NCBI GenBank assembly: GCA_030649945.1
Contig: JAUSFE010000104.1
Location: forward strand, 6,004-70,003
Reading direction: 5' to 3'
DNA: 64,000 nucleotides
Source: Dehalococcoidia bacterium
GTDB taxonomy: Bacteria; Chloroflexota; Dehalococcoidia; SM23-28-2; RBG-16-64-32
The notes beneath the pieces were generated by a model that was given only the letters and a program-made list of their open reading frames with translations, was not told the DNA's origin and searched no databases. Shown here piece by piece: positions 57,355 to 64,000 of this stretch (positions within the stretch are counted from its first letter, which is position 1; the number at the start of each line of letters is the position of its first letter). Made by a program: the position numbers and the translations under genes.

Positions 57355-57870
57355 ATGGTACCGGTCATCAGCTTTGTAGGGAACTCCGGCGTGGGCAAGA
57401 CCACTTTCCTGGAGAAGCTTGTCCCCGTGCTCAAGGCGCGCGGCTACCGCGTTGCTGCCATCAAGCACGATGTCCACAACTTCACGGTGGACTACCCCGG
57501 CAAGGACTCGTGGCGCCTGACCCAGGCCGGCAGCGATGTCGTTATCCTGTCCTCCCCCAGCCGGCTCGCCCTCATGGAAGACGTGCGGGATGAGCGTACC
57601 CTGGAGCAGTTGGCGGAGATGGTCTCGGACCGCGCCGACATCGTCGTCACAGAAGGTTACCGTGGCGCTTCCGCGCTTAAGGTCGAGGTGTCGCGCCGGG
57701 CCCACAGCACGGTGCTCACGGCGCGCCTGGATGACCTGATGGCCATCGTCACCGACCATCCCTTCGACCTCAACACACCTCAGTTCGACCTCGACGATGC
57801 CCCGGCCGTGGCCGATTTCCTGGAGCAGCGCTTCGCCCTCAAGCCGCGGCGGCAGCTCTCCTGCAAGTGA
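57355..57870 (+). CDS. mobB: Molybdopterin-guanine dinucleotide biosynthesis adaptor protein MobB
   Basis: MVPVISFVGNSGVGKTTFLEKLVP...RVAAIKHD Walker A P-loop. Confidence 0.8.
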   Translation: MVPVISFVGNSGVGKTTFLEKLVPVLKARGYRVAAIKHDVHNFTVDYPGKDSWRLTQAGSDVVILSSPSRLALMEDVRDERTLEQLAEMVSDRADIVVTEGYRGASALKVEVSRRAHSTVLTARLDDLMAIVTDHPFDLNTPQFDLDDAPAVADFLEQRFALKPRRQLSCK

Positions 57871-58105
57871 GCGCTGCGGCGCCCGGCCGGGAATCCCGCC
57901 CCGGCGCCGGGCCACTACGCAAACGAGCATCGCCTGACAGGGTTGGGGGTGAGGGTGGGGGAAAACCCGACAGACAAATCCGTGCCTGCCTGACTGACCG
58001 CCTCCCTCGCGCTGCGGATACTCGTAGGGAGCGCCCCGCCAGACCGGGCGGGCAGCTCAGAAGAAGTGCGATCACACGCAACCCAGACAACGCCGGGAGG
58101 TACAC

Positions 58106-60907
58106 ATGGTGACCAGGGCCCAGACAAACGGCAACGGAGCGTGGGCCGAGCGGTACCGCGACAAGTGGAAGTGGGACAAGGTCACCTGGGGCAGCCACTC
58201 CGTAGACTGCTACCCCGGCGGCTGCCCGTACCGCGTCTATGTGCGCGACGGCAAGATCATGCGTGAAGAGCAGTCCGGCTCCTTCGACGTCGTCCAGGCA
58301 GGCGTGCCGGACATGAACCCCATGGGCTGCCAGAAGGGCGCCTGCTGGGGCTACCAGCACTACGGGCCGGATCGCGTTACCCAGCCCCTCAAGCGCGTGG
58401 GCGAGCGGGGAGAAGGCAAGTTCGAACCCGTCTCCTGGGACGTGGCCCTCAAGGACATCGCGGACGCCATGCTGGACGCCGCAGTGGACCAGGGGCCGGA
58501 GTCCATCATCACCCTCATGACGCCGGAGCCCGGCGCCGCCCCCTCCCGCGCCTTCATGGGCGTGCTCGGCTCTCCACTCACCGACGGCAACGCGGAGTTT
58601 CAGGACTGGAGCCCCGGCTACTACCTCACCTGGGGCAAGTTCAACCCCGTCTCTTCCATGGATGACTGGTTCCTGGCCGAACTAACATTGATCTGGCACT
58701 GCAACCCCGTCTACACCAACATCCACTGGTTCCACTACGTGAACGAGTCGCGCTACAACGGCGGCGAGGTCATCACCATCGCCCCGGACTACAGCCCCTC
58801 CAGCATCCACTCGGATCACCACGTGCCGGTGCGCATCGGCACCGACGCGGCGCTGGCGCTTTCGATGTGCAAGGTGGTCATCGACGAGGGCCTCTACAAG
58901 AAGAAGTTCATCCAGGAGCAGACCGACCTGCCGATGCTTGTGCGCAAGGACACCGGACACTTCCTGCGCGGCAACGAGGTGAACGCCGGCGACCGCGAAG
59001 ACCAGTTCTTCTGGCTGGACAGCAAGTCGCGGCAGGTGGTCCCCGCGCCCAGGGGCACCCTGGCCATGGGCGATGTGGACCCGGCCCTGGAGGGCACCTA
59101 CAAGGCCAGGCTGGTGGACGGCTCCGAGGTGGAGGTGCAGCCGGTCTTCGAACGCCTGCGGGAGTCTCTCAAGGACTACGACCCCGAGGAGGCAGCGAAG
59201 GTCTGCGAGGTGAGCGCGGACATGATCCGCATGATCGCGCGCAAGGCGGCGGTCAAGCGGACGAAGATCTTCAGCGGCTGGAACTCCGGCAAGTACTACC
59301 ACGGCGACCTCATGGAGCGCTCCATGGCCCTGCTCCTGGCGCTCACCGGCAACTGGGGCAAGCAGGGCACAGGCACACGCTCCTGGGCCATCAGCGGCCT
59401 GGATGGGCTGGCCTTCCTCACCTCCAAGGGCAAGCCGGGGCAGGACGCCGCGCGCGAGTTCCAGCGTCAGACGCTCGCCATGCGCCGCCTGCTCAGCCAG
59501 GAAGACCCCACCATGACCATGGAGATGGTCCTGAACCGCGCTCAGGAGATGGGCGCCGGGCGCATGGCCGGCTTCGGCGGCATGATCCCGCCGGCCTTCC
59601 TCTGGTACCACCAGTTTGGCTACAAGGAACGCTGGAACCGCGAGGACTGGTCCGATCCGACCATGAAGCGCAGCTTCGACGAGTACTACCAGGAGGCCAT
59701 GGACAAGGGCTGGTGGGACAACCACATGGCCAAGGTCTGGAAGGACGTGGAGCCGCGCGTGCTGGTGGAGGCCGGCGGCAACGTCCTGCGCCGCCACCGC
59801 GGCGGCCAGGTGATGCTGCTGAAGCACCTCTGGCCCAAGCTCAAGATGATCGTCTCCATTGACTTCCGCATCAACACCACGGGCCTGCACTCGGACTACA
59901 TCCTGCCCGCCGCTCAGCACTACGAGAAGCTGGGCAACAGCATGCCCTCCGTCCACCATCTGAACTTCGTCCTCATCGATAAGGCCGTGGACCCGCCCGG
60001 CGAGGCCAAGTCCGACCGCCAGATCGGCCACATGCTCGTCAAGGCGCTGGAGCAACGGGCGCAGGAGCGCGGCATCAAGGAGATCAAGAACCACGCCGGG
60101 CAGACCATCCCCTTGCAGGGCGCCTACGACCGCATGACGCTGAACGGTTTCCTAAAGGACGACGAAACGGAGTTCGACGAGGCCATCAAGGACACGGCCG
60201 CCTACGGCATCATTCCCGAGGGCAACAGCCTGGAGACCCTCCGCGAGAAGGGGCACGTGCGCTGGACCGCCTGGGGCATCGCCGGCTTCGGCCTGGCCCA
60301 GGCCTCCACCATCGAGCCCGACAAGACGCACAACCCCTTCCGCTGGCACACGGAGGACAAGGTGCCCTACCCCACGCTGACGCGCCGCGCCCAGTTCTAC
60401 ATCGACCACGACTGGTTCATCGAGGGGGGCGAGGCGCTGCCGGTGCACAAGGAGAACCCGCACCACGGCGGCAACAGGGCCTTCCGGCTGACCAGCGGCC
60501 ACCCGCGCTGGAGCATCCACTCCATGAACATGACCAACAACATCATCCTCAACACCCACCGCGGCGAACCGTTCATCTTCATCAACCCGGACGAGGCCGC
60601 CCGGCGGGGGATCGAGAACGGCGAGGAGGTGCGCCTGACCAGCGACGCGGGCTCCATGCTCATTACGACAAAGCTGTCCGCCTCTGTGCGGCCGGGCCAG
60701 ATCATCCTCTACAACGGCTTCGAGCCCTACCAGCACCGCGAGTGGTACGCCCAGGGAGACGTGGAACCCGGCATGGTGAAGTGGCTGCACCTGGCCGCGG
60801 GCTACGGCCACCTGAAGTACCGGCCGTGGCACTGGCAACCGGTGCCCGTGGACAGGGGCGTGGGTGTGGACATCGAGAAGCTGCCGGCGACGGCGAAGGC
60901 CGGCTAA
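58106..60907 (+). CDS. Type II DMSO-reductase-family molybdopterin alpha subunit, paralogue 3 (no Tat signal)
   Basis: MVTRAQTNGNGAWAERYRDKWKWDKVTWGSHSVDCYPGGCPYRVYV...; 933 aa; ~230-nt leader. Confidence 0.8.
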   Translation: MVTRAQTNGNGAWAERYRDKWKWDKVTWGSHSVDCYPGGCPYRVYVRDGKIMREEQSGSFDVVQAGVPDMNPMGCQKGACWGYQHYGPDRVTQPLKRVGERGEGKFEPVSWDVALKDIADAMLDAAVDQGPESIITLMTPEPGAAPSRAFMGVLGSPLTDGNAEFQDWSPGYYLTWGKFNPVSSMDDWFLAELTLIWHCNPVYTNIHWFHYVNESRYNGGEVITIAPDYSPSSIHSDHHVPVRIGTDAALALSMCKVVIDEGLYKKKFIQEQTDLPMLVRKDTGHFLRGNEVNAGDREDQFFWLDSKSRQVVPAPRGTLAMGDVDPALEGTYKARLVDGSEVEVQPVFERLRESLKDYDPEEAAKVCEVSADMIRMIARKAAVKRTKIFSGWNSGKYYHGDLMERSMALLLALTGNWGKQGTGTRSWAISGLDGLAFLTSKGKPGQDAAREFQRQTLAMRRLLSQEDPTMTMEMVLNRAQEMGAGRMAGFGGMIPPAFLWYHQFGYKERWNREDWSDPTMKRSFDEYYQEAMDKGWWDNHMAKVWKDVEPRVLVEAGGNVLRRHRGGQVMLLKHLWPKLKMIVSIDFRINTTGLHSDYILPAAQHYEKLGNSMPSVHHLNFVLIDKAVDPPGEAKSDRQIGHMLVKALEQRAQERGIKEIKNHAGQTIPLQGAYDRMTLNGFLKDDETEFDEAIKDTAAYGIIPEGNSLETLREKGHVRWTAWGIAGFGLAQASTIEPDKTHNPFRWHTEDKVPYPTLTRRAQFYIDHDWFIEGGEALPVHKENPHHGGNRAFRLTSGHPRWSIHSMNMTNNIILNTHRGEPFIFINPDEAARRGIENGEEVRLTSDAGSMLITTKLSASVRPGQIILYNGFEPYQHREWYAQGDVEPGMVKWLHLAAGYGHLKYRPWHWQPVPVDRGVGVDIEKLPATAKAG

Positions 60908-60919
60908 AGGAGACAAGCC

Positions 60920-61963
60920 ATGGCAACCAACGGCAAGAAAGCAACCGCCGGACACCAGGTGGCCTGGGTCTTTGACCTGAACAAGTGCATCGGCTGCCAG
61001 ACGTGCTCCGTCGCCTGCAAGGTCCTCTGGAACGAGGGTGATGAGGGCTCCGAGCACATGTGGTGGATGACCGTCAACACCCAGCCGGGCAAGGGCACCC
61101 CGAAGGACTGGGAGAGCATGGGCGGCGGCTACAGCAACGGCGAGCTGCAACTGGGAAAGCTACCCACCGCGGAGGAGTTTGGCGGCGGCTGGGACTACAA
61201 CTATGACGAGGTGCTGCACGGCGGCAAGGGTCGCAGCGTCCACCTGCAGAAGATCGCCGGCAGCAAGACCTGGGGCCCCAACTGGGACGAGGACGAAGGC
61301 GGCGGCGAATGGCCCAACGCCTACTTCTTCTACCTGCCCCGCCTCTGCAACCACTGCACGGACGCCTCCTGTCTGGAGGCCTGCCCCGTCGGCGCCCTCG
61401 TCAAGCGCGAGGAGGACGGCCTGGTCCTGCGCAATGAGGACGTCTGCGAGGGCAACCAGTTGTGCGCGGCGGCGTGCCCTTACAAGAAGATATACTTCAA
61501 CGCCCCGCGCGGCGTCAGCCAGCAGTGCATCGGCTGCTTCCCCCGCATCGAGAAGGGCGTCGCGCCCGCCTGCGTCCGCCAGTGCCCGGGCCGCGCCGCC
61601 TTCGTCGGCTTCATCGACGACGAGACCAGCCTGGTCCACCGCCTCGTGAACCAGTGGAAGGTGGCGGTGCCGCTGCACCCGGAGTACGGCACCAAGCCCA
61701 ACGTCTTCTACGTGCCGCCGCTGGCGCCCGCACCCCTGAACCCGGACGGCAGCGCCAACGAAAACGCGGACCGCATCCCGCCGCAGTACCTGGAATCGCT
61801 CTTCGGCAAGGACGTGCACGGGGCGCTGGCCAACCTCAAGGCGGAGCTGGCGAAGAAGCGCCGCGGCGAGGCTTCCGAGGTCATGGACGCGCTCATCCTG
61901 TACGAGTGGAAGGACGCCCTGGGGCCCTTCTCCAAAGACCCGGCGGAGCTCGTCTGGAAGTAG
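60920..61963 (+). CDS. Fe-S beta subunit, third copy (347 aa)
   Basis: CIGCQTCSVACK, CNHCTDASCLEACP, CEGNQLCAAACPY, CIGCFPRIEKGVAPACVRQCP. Confidence 0.85.
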   Translation: MATNGKKATAGHQVAWVFDLNKCIGCQTCSVACKVLWNEGDEGSEHMWWMTVNTQPGKGTPKDWESMGGGYSNGELQLGKLPTAEEFGGGWDYNYDEVLHGGKGRSVHLQKIAGSKTWGPNWDEDEGGGEWPNAYFFYLPRLCNHCTDASCLEACPVGALVKREEDGLVLRNEDVCEGNQLCAAACPYKKIYFNAPRGVSQQCIGCFPRIEKGVAPACVRQCPGRAAFVGFIDDETSLVHRLVNQWKVAVPLHPEYGTKPNVFYVPPLAPAPLNPDGSANENADRIPPQYLESLFGKDVHGALANLKAELAKKRRGEASEVMDALILYEWKDALGPFSKDPAELVWK

Positions 61964-62113
61964 GATGCGGCGCGGCTGAGGGGCCACCTGCGAGTGTGCC
62001 GGTCGCCGGACGAATGCACGCGATCATCCCCGGCGCAGTGACGCCGGACGCCTGCGCGGTCCACTGTGCGCGCCGCGGGCCGGCACCCCCGTGGCGCGGC
62101 TGGTGAGCCGGCG

Positions 62114-63220
62114 GTGAACAGCTCGCCGCCGGCAACCACGGCCTTCCCGCTTTTCCAGCGCTTCCCGCAGCTGGAGGCGGCAGTCCCACGCGTGCCGCTC
62201 TCCCCCGGCGCCAGCCCGGTCGCTCCCCTGGCGGCGCTGCGCAGGCGCCTGGGCGGGGACGAGATCTGGATCAAGAACGATGGCCTCTACGGCACGCTCT
62301 ACGGCGGCAACAAGCCGCGTAAGCTGGAGTTCCTCCTGGCGGATGCGCAACGCCGGGGCGCCCGCACTGTCCTCACCACGGGGGCGCTGGGTACCAACCA
62401 CGGACTGGCCACTGCTCTCTACGCGCCGCAGTTCGGGCTAAAGGCTGTCCTCCTCCTCACCTACGAGCAGCCCAGCGCGGACGTCGCGCGGCAGCTCTGC
62501 CGCCTGCAACGCGCCGGCGCCGTTCTCCACTACACCGGATCGCTCCCGCGCACCGTCCTGCTGGCTCCGTACTACATCCTGCGATACGCCTCTCGCGGCC
62601 CCTGGCGCTGGCCGTACATCCTGCCGCCCGGCGGCTCCACCCCTCTCGGCGCGCTGGGTTATGTCAACGCCGCGCTTGAGCTCGCCGCCCAGATCGACGC
62701 CGGCGAGTTGCCGGAGCCGGACACGATCCTGGCGCCGCTGGGCTCGGCGGGCACCGCCGCCGGTCTCCTCCTGGGTCTGCGGATAGCCGGCCTCCGCAGC
62801 CGCCTGCTGCCCGTAGCCATTACCCGCGCCCCCACGGCGTGGGCGGTCGCGGTCGCCCGTCGGGCGAACGCCGCCGCCCGTCTCTTGACCCGCCGCGGCG
62901 CGCGGCTGGACATCGAACCCTTCAGGGGAAGGGACGTACAGGTAAGCCGCGACTGGCTGTCCCCCGGCTTCGGGCGGGCCAGCTTCGCCGGCGAGGAGGC
63001 GCGCGTGATGCTGCGGGAGTGTGAGGGGCTGGAGCTGGACTCCACCTACACCGCCAAGACGATGGCCGCCCTCATCCACCTGCGCCGTAGCGGCGCGCTG
63101 CCCGGCCGCGTGCTCTACTGGCACACCTACAACGCCATCGCCCCCGCCCCACCGGAGCCGGCGCGCGAAGACCGCGAGCGCCTGCCGGCGGAGTTTCAGC
63201 GCTTCCTCCAGGCGCTCTGA
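62114..63220 (+). CDS. PLP-dependent ACC deaminase/D-cysteine desulfhydrase-family enzyme
   Basis: ...GGNKPRKLEFLLADAQRRGARTVLTTGALGTNHGLATA...; GTG start at 62114 by alignment to DcyD N-termini. Confidence 0.7.
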   Translation: MNSSPPATTAFPLFQRFPQLEAAVPRVPLSPGASPVAPLAALRRRLGGDEIWIKNDGLYGTLYGGNKPRKLEFLLADAQRRGARTVLTTGALGTNHGLATALYAPQFGLKAVLLLTYEQPSADVARQLCRLQRAGAVLHYTGSLPRTVLLAPYYILRYASRGPWRWPYILPPGGSTPLGALGYVNAALELAAQIDAGELPEPDTILAPLGSAGTAAGLLLGLRIAGLRSRLLPVAITRAPTAWAVAVARRANAAARLLTRRGARLDIEPFRGRDVQVSRDWLSPGFGRASFAGEEARVMLRECEGLELDSTYTAKTMAALIHLRRSGALPGRVLYWHTYNAIAPAPPEPAREDRERLPAEFQRFLQAL

Positions 63221-63341
63221 CCGCCCTCCCGCAAATGGGGGAAAACCTTACGGACGATAGGCGAATGCCGGATAGAAATGGTACTCTGGCCATCGCAGAC
63301 TCTAGCCCGGACGGCCTTTACACCAGCAGGGGAGCGCTAAG

Positions 63342-64000
63342 ATGACAACCTACCTGGAGCTGAACAAGCAACTCACGTTCGACGAAGCCAACATCAAGGA
63401 GCAGATCCACCGCTTCGGCGTGGAGGTGCTGCGCCCCGCCGCCGCGGAGCTGGACCAGATGCCGCCGGAGGACGTCATCGCGGACGGGTCGGTCCTCTGG
63501 CAGGTGTTCCGCAAAGCGTACGGGCTGGGTTTCCACACCTCCGGCCTGCCGGAGGCCCTGGGCGGCGCCGGCATATCGCCGCTGGCGCGCCACATCCACG
63601 GCGAAGAGATGGGCTGGGCCAGCGCGGACTTCGCCATCGGCCTGGGCGTCACCCCTTTCCCCTTCTCCTTCGCGGCCATGAGCGGCAACGCGGACATCAT
63701 GCGCGACGTGGTGATCCCGTTCACGCAGGACAAAGAGGCGAAGTTCGTCGGCTGCTGGGCCATCACCGAGCCGGAGCACGGCTCCGATAGCCTGCTGATC
63801 GGCTCGGAGCAGTTCCGCCAGCCGGATACCGCCTTCGACCTCTCCGCGCGGGAGGACGGCGACGAGTGGGTGATCAGCGGCCAGAAGTCCGCCTGGGTCT
63901 CCAACGGCACCATCGCCACGCACGCCCTCACCTTCCTGGGCATAGACCGCAGCCGCGGCAGCTCCGGCGGCGGCGTGGCCCTCATCCCGCTCCACCTGCC
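63342..64000 (+). CDS. Acyl-CoA dehydrogenase (5' partial, runs off the window end)
   Basis: ...CWAITEPEHGSDS...; ACAD N-terminal/middle-domain signature; open to the window end. Confidence 0.65.
   Translation, partial: MTTYLELNKQLTFDEANIKEQIHRFGVEVLRPAAAELDQMPPEDVIADGSVLWQVFRKAYGLGFHTSGLPEALGGAGISPLARHIHGEEMGWASADFAIGLGVTPFPFSFAAMSGNADIMRDVVIPFTQDKEAKFVGCWAITEPEHGSDSLLIGSEQFRQPDTAFDLSAREDGDEWVISGQKSAWVSNGTIATHALTFLGIDRSRGSSGGGVALIPLHL

Noticed and set aside
58682-61150. Minus-strand ORFs (58682-60094, 60152-61150) antisense to alpha3/beta3
   Set aside because: Same reasoning: antisense to strongly supported genes, no domains.

Overview
This is a high-GC (~68-70%) bacterial chromosomal window, probably from a Gram-positive-type or Chloroflexota-like lineage (PyrR, class 1B DHODH with PyrK, TatA). 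Content, in order. (1) A Moco/metal block: moaD, Fur-family regulator, NicO/RcnA-like Ni/Co transporter, Rieske ferredoxin. (2) A pyrimidine operon: pyrR-pyrB-pyrC-carA | carB-pyrK ... pyrD. A ~2.7 kb lower-GC toxin-antitoxin/defense islet (VapBC, TIR-like protein, HEPN/MNT) sits between carA and carB. (3) Housekeeping genes: cupredoxins, MBL hydrolase, ApbC, SufR-like regulator, tRNA-Pro, tatA, cyclophilin. (4) A low-GC RHS/YD-repeat toxin locus with orphan C-terminal toxin/immunity modules. (5) Tandem TolB-like beta-propeller lipoproteins and an ABC exporter. (6) An ~25 kb molybdoenzyme supercluster of the ethylbenzene-dehydrogenase (type II DMSO reductase) clade, with 3 alpha, 3 beta, 2 gamma (EB_dh heme b) and 2 TorD-like delta genes. 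Two alpha paralogs and both gamma subunits lack export signals. The cluster also carries a translationally coupled permease, a ferritin-like diiron protein, two CrtI-like flavoproteins, two SCP2 lipid-carrier proteins, an ArsR-HTH histidine kinase with a LuxR-family regulator, and mobB. I read this as a candidate undescribed anaerobic hydroxylation pathway, possibly acting on lipids or isoprenoids. Two families of short perfect palindromes are inserted in-frame into carA, carB, pyrC and pyrK. Many long antisense ORFs in the track are high-GC artefacts and are not called.
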